Below are positions 48,487 through 59,186 of a stretch of DNA of 64,000 bases, piece after piece. The DNA lies in the NCBI GenBank assembly GCA_965219955.1, contig OZ244799.1, positions 1,824,001 to 1,888,000 of the forward strand, read 5' to 3'. Position 1 is the stretch's first letter; each line of letters starts with the position of its first letter. The translations under genes were made by a program, and so were the position numbers. Below the pieces are notes generated by a model. That model worked only from the letters and a program-made list of their open reading frames with translations. It was not told the origin of the DNA and did no database searches. Source of the stretch: a bacterium. GTDB taxonomy: Bacteria; UBA8248.

Positions 48487-51400
48487 TCATGAACTGAATT
48501 GGACGTCGGTCACGCCTGCCGCCAGCGAGTTCATGAAGCTGAGGCACAAATCGCGGGAGCGGTAGTCTCCGTAAGCCTTGGTTTCCTCACGTTCGACAAT
48601 GGGGAAGGTGGAATAGATGTAGCGCACATCGTCGCGGTCGGTGACGCCGTAGAGATGGAAGAAAACGGCGTCCAGCTTGGCGCGAAGATGCAGACGGCGT
48701 TCCTCGTCCCAGACGAAGGGAGGCCGCACATCGCCTTCTTCATCCACATGACCCATATCACGGGCGAAGGGGGCCATGTCGTGCGCCGTGTAGGTGAGTT
48801 CCAGCACGGCATCGCAGACGATTTCCCCTGCGGTTTTTGTGCCGAAGCGCACAATCTCGTAAGTTTCGGGCGGAACGACGGGAAGTTGTTCGACGATGAA
48901 AAGATTCAGCGTCTGACCCTGAACCTTCTGGCGTGTCACAAAGTCTAAAATCGTCGCGTTGAGATTGGCGGCTAATAACCATTCATCGCGCTCGGCTGTT
49001 TCCGGTTTGAGGATGGGCACTTTGTTACCGAATGCCACCGCCGGAAAGAGCGCCGCGATGAGGGTTCTGATGTTTGTGGGTGCGGTAATCTCCTTGAAGC
49101 CGAGAATCCAATTTTGCTCCGATGGCCAACTACACTCTGAAGCGGGAATCCAATACTGCGGAGCAGGGAGCCAGTTTGGATCTTTATGTTGCGTCAAAGT
49201 GGCCGGTTGGGGCTGCGCGGGGCGGTGTCGGTTTTCGGGATTGACGACGACTTGGGCGGCGCGATGATCGAACGCTTGCACCATCTTGCCCTCGTAAAGC
49301 GGAACCCAATCTCCCGCATCACTCTGATAAAGGTTGCCGCCGATGGCCCAGGCACCCTCGTTTTCTTCAAGCTCCTCTCTTGTGCGGAACAGATTCGAGT
49401 CGTTGGTCATGTGGAACATGGTCGAATACTTAACCGGCCACGCCTTCGCCTCTTCGCCTGAGGAGCGATCCACCAGAACCGGCAGGCGGTCGTATATCGC
49501 TGTGGTCAGTTCCGCATCCCGCTCGGTGCGGAAGATGGGCGCGGTGCCGGTGTTCGGGTTGACGCTGGCGAAATCCTCCGCACTCAGCGAAAAGCAACGC
49601 TTGGAGTCGGTAGTTTTTAGTTCGGAGACATTGTGAAGGTAGAATGCGCATTTGGCAGACTCTTTGATTTGAGATGGACTTGCGACGAATACGCAGAATT
49701 TGAACGACGCGTGAACGTCGGGGAAGAAAATTTTTTTATTCTCGAAATCATAAAGAGCCTTCAGCCTGCCTTCCGTAGCCACGCCTTTGAAAAACCGGGC
49801 CGCCGTTTTGTCGGATGCGATACCGGAGGGCGTCAGGAGGCCGATCATCCCCTCCGGCTTCACGAGCGACATGGCCCGCTCGACGAACAGCGAATAGAGG
49901 TTCACGTCGCCTCTCGAGAGCAGGGGGTAATCGCCGCAGCTTCTCGCCATGCGGGCCGCAGTCATGGCGCGTTCACCCGCTTCGGCGAAATCACGGGCGA
50001 GCGGGTCTTCCTCTTCCACTAAATTGGCGATCATCCGCTTGCGGTCGGAAGCGCGGGCGGCGCGGGCGATCTCGGGCCGCCGCGCGGCGAACCATTCCAC
50101 CTGTTGCAGCTTTACACGGTCCCACGGCGGATTGCCGATAACGGCATCGAAACCGCCCTCGCGTTCGGTGCTTTCCCATTCCGACCACACGCCCGGGAAG
50201 GCCACCTGCCAGTGGAGAAAGCGTTCTTCGTCGATGAGCAAAAGGGCCTTCTCCAGCAACCCGGAGAATCGCACACTCTCCGAATTGCTTTTCGGAACTT
50301 CTATATTGCGTAGCGCAATCTCGACCGGATCTCCGAATTGTCCCAAGTAATAAAAACGAAGTGCGGCTTTATCCTCCTTACTCCGAGGGTTCAGCCATTC
50401 GAGGGCGTCGAGCAGGGATAAGAAGGCGTCAAGCGGCTTTGTGCTTTCCCCCACTTCGGTGAAGCGTTCTGCGGATTCGTGGGCTTCTGCAATTTCAGCG
50501 TCGGTCAGGCTCTCGACCTCCTGCATGGGGGAGGCTGCGGCGGTCGCTCGCCTGATAGGCTCATGCAGAAAGAGCGAGGCTTCCGTTCCCGCCTTGTCGA
50601 TGCCCGCCCTCACCCATGAGCCGAAGAGACTGTCTCCGCAGCGCAGGTGGTGATCCAGAAAGCTGAGCGGTGCGCCCACCGTGAACGTGTGCAGCCAGAG
50701 CGCGACCTTGGCGAGTTCGACCGCCATGGGGCTCTTGTCCACCCCGTAGACGCAGCGCTTGAGCACCATGCGGCGGATGATGTTGCGGTCGTCGAGTTGC
50801 GCCGGGTCGATGCGCCAGTCGTCTTTCCCGGCCCTTGCGAGTATCGTCTTGCGGATACCTGCGATCCGCTCGTTCAGCGGCGAGGCGTAGCCCTCGACTT
50901 CAGCTTCCGCATCGGCCATGGCCTCGATGACTCTATCTGCAAGATAGTCCACGAGGTTGACCAGAAAGTGCCCCGAGCCCATGGCGGGATCGCAGATTTT
51001 GAGTTCCAAAATCTTCTCCGCCGGGTCGAGGCGTTCGAGTTCTTCCATTCGCATGTCCGGTGAAGAATCCGAAACGAACGCGCCAAAAGCATCTTTGCGA
51101 ATGCGAATGAGCGGCTCGACTGTTTCCTCGATGATGAGGCCGACCAGATCGTCCGGCGTGTAATAGCTGCCCGATCCTTTTCTGGCGAAGGGGCTGAGGC
51201 GGACTTCAATATCGCTCTCGACGAAGACGGGTTCCTGCTCCAGCAGGCGTTCGTAAATCGAGCCCAATTGCTGCACGCCCAGGTCACGGTAGTTGATGTA
51301 GCGGCGTCCCTGCGGGGTTTTCTCGAACGAGAGGGCGTCGATGACGTTCGCCATTATCTGATCGGAAAGCCGAATCCTATCGAGTAGAGGCGTTCGCTCC

Positions 51401-52584
51401 GGGTCAAACAGCCCGCCGTTATAAGGCGGCAGGCCGATGGAGGCGTCGCCTCCGTCAATCGCGCGGCAAAGATTGTCGAATGCCGACCAGTAGTTGGTGA
51501 AACTCTCTGAGAACGTGTCTCTCGAATCCATGCGCCGCCCGACCTCGTCGCGCACCTTGTTGCGCAGGCCGTAATCGTCATAGCGATCATCGCGGACGGG
51601 AAGCAGGTTGCGGTCCTCGGCATAGAGGATGAACAAAAGGCGGTAGAGGATGACCAGGACGGCCTCGCGGACCTCCGGCAGCGGCGCGTCGGGCGCGGCG
51701 GCAACGATGGCGGCGAGGAGCTGCGGAAAAATCGGAGCCTCTTTCTGCTTGTCTTGCTTCTGTTCGTCTTGGAATATCTGTTCGTAGAGACTGTCCGTTA
51801 CGCGCTCTTCGTAGCGGCGTCCCTCGTCCATGGAGCGTTCGTGAAAGGTGCGCGAATGCTCTTCGGTCGGCAGGAATGCCTCTCGCCGGAACATGAGCGC
51901 GAACACCTTCAGCCAGTGGCGGCGAACGGATTCGGGAAGGGCGAACAAATCGTCGTTATATCCGGGGAGATTCAGGACTCGCGCGAGATCAATTTCAAAA
52001 AATTGCTCCGAAACCGAACGCGCCCCTGCAAAATAAAGCCGCCACTGAGCGCCGTTGGTGAGAATGCCCCAGCGGAGCTTGCCGATTGTCCGATCATCCA
52101 CGCGCCTCAGGTAGCGAAGCATCTGGGTGGATGGTGCCGTTTCTTCGCTCCGGCTTCCCGAAGGGCGATCGAGAGGTCGCTTCCAGCGCTTCGATTCCAC
52201 GATGGCGAGGCCGAACTCGTAGCGTTTCCATTCGGGGAAGCCATTGGCATGGGTCTTCGCTTCTTCGCTTTCGAACATGAGACCATCGGGAACATCCTCC
52301 CGTCCTCGCTCGGAGAGATTTTGCTGGCGAAGACTCGATTTCCATCCGAGATAATCAAGTACGGGCCAAATGATCTCGTCTTCCGTCTGGCTTTCGTTGG
52401 GAGAAGTGCCCAGCGGGAGACTGCCAAAGAATTCCCTAAGCGTATTTTCCAGGGCATCGAGCGAGGCATCATCGAATTCTTTCCACTCATTCAGATCGCC
52501 GATAGCCTCACAAAGAAAATCGCCAGCGAAGAGGCTTCCTGGAAATAGATTCTCTAATCTCAAGGGAGACTCATTCCCGTCCAT
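48487..52584 (-). CDS. Type IIG-like fused restriction endonuclease / N6-adenine methyltransferase
   Basis: N-terminal PDG..IVESK and WGILTNG; GSYYTP, DPAMGSGHFL, GNPPW; C-terminal specificity region. Confidence 0.9.
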   Translation of the reverse strand: MDGNESPLRLENLFPGSLFAGDFLCEAIGDLNEWKEFDDASLDALENTLREFFGSLPLGTSPNESQTEDEIIWPVLDYLGWKSSLRQQNLSERGREDVPDGLMFESEEAKTHANGFPEWKRYEFGLAIVESKRWKRPLDRPSGSRSEETAPSTQMLRYLRRVDDRTIGKLRWGILTNGAQWRLYFAGARSVSEQFFEIDLARVLNLPGYNDDLFALPESVRRHWLKVFALMFRREAFLPTEEHSRTFHERSMDEGRRYEERVTDSLYEQIFQDEQKQDKQKEAPIFPQLLAAIVAAAPDAPLPEVREAVLVILYRLLFILYAEDRNLLPVRDDRYDDYGLRNKVRDEVGRRMDSRDTFSESFTNYWSAFDNLCRAIDGGDASIGLPPYNGGLFDPERTPLLDRIRLSDQIMANVIDALSFEKTPQGRRYINYRDLGVQQLGSIYERLLEQEPVFVESDIEVRLSPFARKGSGSYYTPDDLVGLIIEETVEPLIRIRKDAFGAFVSDSSPDMRMEELERLDPAEKILELKICDPAMGSGHFLVNLVDYLADRVIEAMADAEAEVEGYASPLNERIAGIRKTILARAGKDDWRIDPAQLDDRNIIRRMVLKRCVYGVDKSPMAVELAKVALWLHTFTVGAPLSFLDHHLRCGDSLFGSWVRAGIDKAGTEASLFLHEPIRRATAAASPMQEVESLTDAEIAEAHESAERFTEVGESTKPLDAFLSLLDALEWLNPRSKEDKAALRFYYLGQFGDPVEIALRNIEVPKSNSESVRFSGLLEKALLLIDEERFLHWQVAFPGVWSEWESTEREGGFDAVIGNPPWDRVKLQQVEWFAARRPEIARAARASDRKRMIANLVEEEDPLARDFAEAGERAMTAARMARSCGDYPLLSRGDVNLYSLFVERAMSLVKPEGMIGLLTPSGIASDKTAARFFKGVATEGRLKALYDFENKKIFFPDVHASFKFCVFVASPSQIKESAKCAFYLHNVSELKTTDSKRCFSLSAEDFASVNPNTGTAPIFRTERDAELTTAIYDRLPVLVDRSSGEEAKAWPVKYSTMFHMTNDSNLFRTREELEENEGAWAIGGNLYQSDAGDWVPLYEGKMVQAFDHRAAQVVVNPENRHRPAQPQPATLTQHKDPNWLPAPQYWIPASECSWPSEQNWILGFKEITAPTNIRTLIAALFPAVAFGNKVPILKPETAERDEWLLAANLNATILDFVTRQKVQGQTLNLFIVEQLPVVPPETYEIVRFGTKTAGEIVCDAVLELTYTAHDMAPFARDMGHVDEEGDVRPPFVWDEERRLHLRAKLDAVFFHLYGVTDRDDVRYIYSTFPIVEREETKAYGDYRSRDLCLSFMNSLAAGVTDVQFSS

Positions 52585-52782
52585 ATCGTTGCAACCTCTC
52601 ATAAAGCTCATAGCACGTCATGCCGAAAGGTATATCCTATGCGACGCGCGGTTCACAATCTCCACATCGTTCTGGGGTTAAAGTCAAATCTGGGGTAGAG
52701 ACTGTATTCAAGAAAGCGGTGTATTCCTGAAGAAATAGTTTTTCATAGGCCCCTTCATTCAGTACACAGGAGATGCGCCAAC

Positions 52783-53260
52783 ATGATAGAAGATACGACG
52801 ATTACCTTTACTAACCCAGCCTTTAGGGACGAACTGAGGAAACTGGCGCGTGAGGACGCGCAAAGCATTATCCGGCAGGTTGTGGAAGCGGTTTCGGGGC
52901 CTTTCTGGAAGACCACGCGAGCAAGCGTGACGCGCGGGGTCTTCGCGGGAAAATTTGACGAAATCTGCGCATTGCAGGTTCGGGTTCCCTGGAGGCGCGA
53001 CAGGAACTGCGCGAGGATGGGGTGGACACGCCCCTCCAAAAATACTGCGGTGAAAAGCCAGTGCACAAGTTTATGTCCGCCGTTATTATCCGGGCTGCCG
53101 GGCGATGGCGTGCGCTCAAGGTCACCAGCTTCGAGAGATGCCGGATGGATGTTCTGAAACCGGAACTGGATCATGATTAAGAAGCAGAAAACAACCTCAG
53201 GCAGCTCTCAGCTAACGTGCGCAAAAAAGAAATTTTCCAGCATTTACAAGACATGACCCT
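52783..53260 (+). pseudogene. Degraded IS256-family transposase remnant
   Basis: N-terminal DELRKLAREDAQSIIRQVVEA..QVRVP..RDR and C-terminal IRAAGRWRALKVTSFER resemble IS256 transposase ends; middle is missing. Confidence 0.5.
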
Positions 53261-53968
53261 TGTCCGCAATCGAATTTCTTCTCTGGTGTTAAGTATGGGG
53301 TTGAGTATTTCGCTTGACGAGGGCTAAAATTTGTTTATGCAACAGCTAGCCGTCAAACGCATGTACAAGTTTAAGGTGCTACTCATCAAGCGTGCCGTCC
53401 AGACTCTCGAATCGGCCATAGAGACCTTCATCACTTGTGGTGATTGGTTCGTTAGCTTCGATGTTTTTGTAAACCCCTCAGGTGCACGACCTTCGTCGTC
53501 AACTACTGCGTCGCCAACAAGCGCATCACACATTTTCGATTCGGGCACTTTGCGTCCGACCAAACGCGACGTCGAGGCACAGTTCAACAGAGTCACTAAG
53601 AAACAAGACTGTGCGACCACGAACCCGGCAGTCTTCATATTATCCGCGATCAACCATCGCTCTTGCATCGGCCATGAGGAGTTGACAACTCAGTCGGTCT
53701 CTAGGTTACCGGGGCGAGAACGATACTACTGCGGGCGAAGAGCAGCTGTTCCCCGCCGCCAAAAGTTGAAATGGCCATTTGTTGGGCATTTACCACTACC
53801 ATGCCGATATCACCAAGGAGACGGGAACGCGGCTCTGGTTCCACGGGCTGCGCAACGTCTTAATTACAGTAGCCGAGTAAGAGGTCGAGGCCGCCGAACG
53901 ATTTGCATTCCAATCAATCTCGTTTCTCCTATCCGACATGCCCCTGTAATGAAACTTGGAGACAAATC

Positions 53969-55708
53969 GTGAACGTAAGTGACACTGAAATTAGGCAAAG
54001 ATTGCATTTGCGCGAGGACAGCACTTGGGAGTTCAAACAGGTGGAGTTCAAAGGGGATCGCCCGACGAGTCCCCGGCGGGATGAACTTGCGGATGAGATG
54101 GCCGCCTTCGCGAATGCGGGAGGCGGCGTACTGCTTTGCGGTGTGACTAATGATGGCCAGATTCAGGGAATGTCTTCAGAGCAGATCGTGGCGATAGATC
54201 ACTTATTGGTTGAGGTGTCCACGGATATCGTAAGGCCTGCATTGCGCATCGACGTTCATCATCGGGAACTTGACGGAAAGGCATTTGTGCTAGTTGAAAT
54301 ACCGCGGGGCGACACTATTCACGAACGAGACGGACGCGCGTTCATCCGTGTTGGCGCGACTAAGCGGCGTCTAGACGGCGATGAACGCCTGAGGTTGGCG
54401 CAGAATCGTGCACAGAGCCGTTACTTATGGTTCGACAAGCAGATTGTGCCCAATACGGGCTTCGAGACGCTCAACGAGCGGCTATGGGAACCGCTCCTCA
54501 GCGTAGCTGGAGCGGATGACCCACGCAGGGGGCTGATTAACCTTCGCCTGCTAGCCCAGGATGAAGCCGGTGTAGCCCGCGCGACAGTCGCAGGTCTATT
54601 GCTTTGTGCTCAGTCGCCGCAGGAATGGTTGCCGCAAGCCACGATTGTGGCAACCCACTATCGCGGAAAAGGTCGCGCCTCCGGTCAATTGGACGCACAG
54701 GAAATCGTTGGCCCGCTTCCCACTCAGATTGCCGACGCTGTGAAATTCATAGTCCGCAACATGCGCGTCGCGGCGCGCAAGTTGCCAGAGCGGGAAGAAG
54801 TGCCACAGTACAGCATTGCAGCTGTGTTTGAAGCAGTGGTCAATGCTGTCGCGCACCGCGACTACTCCATATCGTCAAGGCGGATTAGGTTATCGATGTT
54901 TAAGGAGCGTCTTGAGATCGACTCGCCTGGTCAGCTTCCCAATGGGATGACCATCGAAAGCATGGACACTAGCCAAGCAACGCGCAACGAAGTGATCGCT
55001 TCCGTGTTCGGACGAATTCCCGTCGGCGATGTTCCAGGAGCGAACCATCGTCGGTACTTGATGGAACGTCGAGGGGATGGTGTGTCGATTATCAAGACGG
55101 AGACCCACGAAGCCACCGGCAACATGCCGCAATACAAAGTCGTTGACGAATCCAGCCTCGTGTTGAGCATTCCCGCTGCAAAGCTCGAATTGAGTCCCGC
55201 CGACTCCACGGTAACGGTGCACTCGGAGGGAGAGCCTCTGTCGGGAGTTGAGATTTTGGCGCTCTTTCCAAACAAAACTTGGCAACGAGCAACGACAGAT
55301 GTAGCTGGCGAAGCAGCACTCGATCTATACACAACGAATCTTCCGATGACCGTTTATGCTGCAACGCCGGGCTACACTGGAGGGCTAAAACGGGAGTGGT
55401 TACCGAGTCGAGGTGGTCTGCTGTTGGAACTCGAACGCCTTCCGGATGGAGGTGCTGTCATATTTCCTGAGGAGACCGGATATCTCCCTGGCCTACGCGG
55501 GCGGCTCAATCCTATACGTGACACATCTGATAGAACTTATCTGTATGCGGACAATATCGCCATAGAGGAGGGTCGGCAACAACCAGTGCATTTTCGGCTG
55601 GGCAAGCCGATGAAGCTTACAGACTCGTTTGGCTCCGAATTGTCCGTGGCCATCATTGACATTATCGGACGTTCTGTATTGGTGGAATATCGTTCATTGA
55701 AACTGTGA
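53969..55708 (+). CDS. Schlafen/AlbA_2 + HATPase_c_4 protein with an extra C-terminal beta-sandwich region
   Basis: EDSTWEFK, AAFANAGGGVLLCGV, EAVVNAVAHRDY, IDSPG, RN, MERRGDG. Confidence 0.85.
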   Translation: MNVSDTEIRQRLHLREDSTWEFKQVEFKGDRPTSPRRDELADEMAAFANAGGGVLLCGVTNDGQIQGMSSEQIVAIDHLLVEVSTDIVRPALRIDVHHRELDGKAFVLVEIPRGDTIHERDGRAFIRVGATKRRLDGDERLRLAQNRAQSRYLWFDKQIVPNTGFETLNERLWEPLLSVAGADDPRRGLINLRLLAQDEAGVARATVAGLLLCAQSPQEWLPQATIVATHYRGKGRASGQLDAQEIVGPLPTQIADAVKFIVRNMRVAARKLPEREEVPQYSIAAVFEAVVNAVAHRDYSISSRRIRLSMFKERLEIDSPGQLPNGMTIESMDTSQATRNEVIASVFGRIPVGDVPGANHRRYLMERRGDGVSIIKTETHEATGNMPQYKVVDESSLVLSIPAAKLELSPADSTVTVHSEGEPLSGVEILALFPNKTWQRATTDVAGEAALDLYTTNLPMTVYAATPGYTGGLKREWLPSRGGLLLELERLPDGGAVIFPEETGYLPGLRGRLNPIRDTSDRTYLYADNIAIEEGRQQPVHFRLGKPMKLTDSFGSELSVAIIDIIGRSVLVEYRSLKL

Positions 55709-55854
55709 AGGGCTGACAGTATCTACAAGGTGTCTCAATACTTCTTTAACAGGGGAGGAATTAACACTTCCGAGAAACCATTCCGACCTCACTGAAAACT
55801 GATCCGGATGTGCACAGTCCTCTTGAGGTAACATAAAGTGCTAACGGAGGGTTC

Positions 55855-56652
55855 TTGGCCAAAAACTACAACTGCATGAAACACGAAGAGAAAACAGTTC
55901 TACAACTTGGAGCAGTGCAGTTGATGACACCCCGTTTCGCCGACTATGAACACAAGTTGCGGTCTTTACCTGCCGACCCCACTGCATATGAAGTTACCGG
56001 AGACGACTTCCTTCTGGCTCACGAGGGTGATTTGGAAGTGTTCTACGCTCCGATGCACGGCTTCACCCTAGACGCGCAAATCGTCATCATTGGTCTGACG
56101 CCCGGAAGGTCTCAGATGGTCGCCGCTTTCCGGGAAATCCGTAAACTGCTTCACGAAGGCTCACGCCCTCCGCAACTGTTCCGTGAGGTCAGACGCCGGA
56201 TAGCCTTCGGAGGCGCCATGCGCACCAACCTGGTCCAGATGCTCGACCAGATCGGTGTTGCCGATCGTCTGGGATTGGACACCTGTGCCGATCTGTTCGG
56301 CAGTGCGTCGCACTTACTTCATTCTACGTCCGCGCTGCGCTACCCCGTTTTTTTCAAGGGAAACAACTATCGAGGCTCACCAAAAATCAGGAGTTCGAAG
56401 TTGCTCTCATATATCGTCAAGACCAATCTTCCACATGAACTGCAACGATTTCCGAACGCCCTGTTAGTTCCCCTCGGCAGGGCCGTAGAAGAAGGGCTGA
56501 ATGTCGCCGGCATCGGCGAGCCGTTGAGAATCCTCAAGGGTTTCCCGCACCCTTCGGGCGCCAACGGACATCGAGTCAAACAGTTTCAATCCGAGTTTCG
56601 AAGGCTCCGAAGCGCCGTGCGCAAATGGACACCATTGGAGACAGTCTCTTGA
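55855..56652 (+). CDS. Uracil-DNA-glycosylase-superfamily-like protein (start uncertain)
   Basis: IVIIGLTPG, LVPLG, FPHPSGAN correspond to UDG-fold motifs A and B. Confidence 0.65.
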   Translation: MAKNYNCMKHEEKTVLQLGAVQLMTPRFADYEHKLRSLPADPTAYEVTGDDFLLAHEGDLEVFYAPMHGFTLDAQIVIIGLTPGRSQMVAAFREIRKLLHEGSRPPQLFREVRRRIAFGGAMRTNLVQMLDQIGVADRLGLDTCADLFGSASHLLHSTSALRYPVFFKGNNYRGSPKIRSSKLLSYIVKTNLPHELQRFPNALLVPLGRAVEEGLNVAGIGEPLRILKGFPHPSGANGHRVKQFQSEFRRLRSAVRKWTPLETVS

Positions 56653-57148
56653 CGAGGGTGCGCGCCAGTTGCTTATTGCATGGATGGCCATATCCCGGTG
56701 GAAAGACCCGTACTGCATATCCGTCGTTTGCCTGTGCGCTGCTGCCGACATCGACGACGCACAACCACCCTGCAAGTTTCGAAGACCGTCCGGCTTACAG
56801 GGCCGCTTGGCGAGACCGCACGGGCCCACATCACGGCACCCGCAATTCAGATGGGTTCCTGTTCCCGAACTTCGCGCATGGAGATGGCTACGGTCCTCTA
56901 CGTGAGTGTTAGCGTGCCGTCTGTCCAGACGCGTGGCTTGGGACACTTCGCCGGGGCGACCTTCGGCACACGGCAGCCAGCCAAGCCGTCATGTCTGGCG
57001 GAATTCTCCCGCTGGTTGACAAGCTGCCCGGGCAAAGGCGGCACCGCGCTACGGCGGGCTGCACCCACGCTCTTGGCGCGCACTCGGTCGAGGCAGTCTA
57101 GAAGATGGGCAAAATTATCGCGGAGGTGATGACGACATGAAGCTCCCA

Positions 57149-57970
57149 CTACTTCGCCACTTTCGACTCACTGCCGGAATCGGCATTCAGAGACGGGAAG
57201 TCCGCCATCGAAATCTTCGCCAAGCATCCGTTCGGGTGATGCTCCCGTTCCGCCACCCTGCGGATAAGTGCCCTCACCGCTTGATTCAGAAAACACCGTT
57301 CCCGCGAACTGAAATCTTGTCCAAGACCACCGGCCTTTCTCGCCTCAGGTCCACCCTTATTCGCCGTCAAATTTGCAATCTTGTCGAGGACGCACTTGTC
57401 TACATGGTACATCTTGGCAGCGGCGGGACGACGCCTTCTTTTTTTCTGCTCTCCGGTCGAATTTTCGAGGACAGTTAGGCAAAAGTTTGCCATTGAGCCG
57501 AGTGGTTCGCGGCCCTTACGATGACCGAGGTAACGCTGATGCATGGTTTCAGCATCCGGATTGGGGATTATGTCCGACGGTGGCGCAGGATACTCCGGCG
57601 GCGAGACAGTAATCTGCGCGGATTCAGTAACAAGAAGCCATTCCACACTGCGAACGCTCACGCATCCGGGCGTTGGACTTCGGTCGATGATTTCTGATGC
57701 TTGGCGGTCAAGCACCAGACTAAAACTATCAGGGCCTCTGACAAGTTGCGCATCAAACTCCCACGCGCGCTTGTATATGGCAATCGCCTTCTCTGCTTCC
57801 TCGAATGACGAAAAGTGATCCTTCATTTCGAACCGCGCCTCGCCGTTCATCACCGATAGTCGAAATCCTGGCTCGTCGCGATCAAGGGATTCCGCGTTGC
57901 TGTAGTCAATGGACTCATTGTGTTCAATTCGATAGACCAGCGAGACTACATGCGGATCATTCATCATCAA
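57149..57970 (-). CDS. Hypothetical protein
   Basis: 273-aa ORF with GAGGG RBS and globular composition; no family recognised. Confidence 0.6.
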   Translation of the reverse strand: MMMNDPHVVSLVYRIEHNESIDYSNAESLDRDEPGFRLSVMNGEARFEMKDHFSSFEEAEKAIAIYKRAWEFDAQLVRGPDSFSLVLDRQASEIIDRSPTPGCVSVRSVEWLLVTESAQITVSPPEYPAPPSDIIPNPDAETMHQRYLGHRKGREPLGSMANFCLTVLENSTGEQKKRRRRPAAAKMYHVDKCVLDKIANLTANKGGPEARKAGGLGQDFSSRERCFLNQAVRALIRRVAEREHHPNGCLAKISMADFPSLNADSGSESKVAK

Positions 57971-58695
57971 CCCTCGTCAACTCGCTTCGGTGGTGGTTGG
58001 TAGGCTGCCAGACTACCGGGGATGCCTTTTCCTCGGCCGCGCCTTTGCTACAGCCTCCAGTGGCGAGCGCATGTTCTCATACAGCACGAAAAGGTGCTCG
58101 ACACGCTCGCGCTCGGAAGCCAAACCGTCAATTTCCGTCTACATTCTGCACCATTGGCCTGATATGCGCGAGAGTATAAAGATCGTCAATTTTCCGAATC
58201 ATGCCAACCACTACCTATCAATCTTCGGCCGGGTTTCAGCATTCATGGTCTCGCCTTCGTTGAATCGTCAGTATAGTCCGGCCATCTGCCTTGCTCAGGA
58301 TTGCGTCGCCGGATGCACTCCACCAGCGGATGTCAGTTAGCACCGATTTTAAACGGGAATCAATGTTGCCTTCGGTGCCGAGCACCCGCGCCAGATGGCC
58401 GAGCGCCAATCCGTATACGCATCCGAGACAGCGCAGCCATATGACGAACCGCAGGTAGCTTTTCCGGTGCCTCGGCATCACGGGTCCGCTCCGGGTGCGC
58501 GAGGAGTTGATTTCGGAGAGGATTTCCTCACCTGCAGCGGGTGGTTCTCCCCCGACGACATCAAGCAGAACGGTGGTGAGCGGCCCATCCCAGACGGCTA
58601 CCGGGCAGCCTCCCGCGAGCACGGTGGGCGTGCCGCAGAAAAAGCCGGATGTGGACGCGGTCGGCGCGCCGGGAAGAGGTCGTTGAATAAGCCCT

Positions 58696-58955
58696 GGGAC
58701 TGCCGGGTCTGCGCATTCACGACTTGCGCCACACCTGGGTGTCGCAGGGCGTAATGAACGGGGTAGGACTCACCACCGTCGGGCGGCTGCTCGGGCACCG
58801 GAGACGTGAGACCACGGCCGTCTACGCCCATCTCGACGACTAAGCGCTCAGGGACGCCGCCTCGCAGGTGGCCTCCGTCATCGCCCGTGCGATGGGGTTT
58901 AGTACGTGCGCGCCCCTTTTGCCAGATGGAGGGGAATCCGATTGGCTGGGTGGTG
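58696..58955 (+). pseudogene. Duplicated 3' end of integrase 46248-47690
   Basis: Closely matches 47195-~47470; GAA>TAA stop at 58841. Confidence 0.9.
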
Positions 58956-59186
58956 GCGAAGGGTCAGTCCCGTCGCCCGGTTCGCATTCGTCCGCCACGA
59001 GTGAGGGGGATATCGAAGCGGGAGAAGCTGCCCGAAATCAGGACGTCGACTGGCTGGTCGGAGAGACTACAGAGCCGATTCGCCAGTCAAGGACACGGGC
59101 GAGTCTTCCAAGGGGTTCGGATTGGTGTGGATTTAGCAGAATGTAATTTAATTCGGGGTGAATCCGGAACCCGGGTCGGCGTATCT

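Noticed and set aside
48487-52611. BREX PglX or DISARM methylase
   Set aside because: No brx/pgl/drm partner genes; it has its own N-terminal nuclease motif
53331-53972. 213-aa ORF upstream of the Schlafen gene
   Set aside because: No recognisable motif or RBS; at best a decayed gene
58395-58754. 119-aa ORF before the integrase remnant
   Set aside because: Runs out of frame into the remnant; no family recognised
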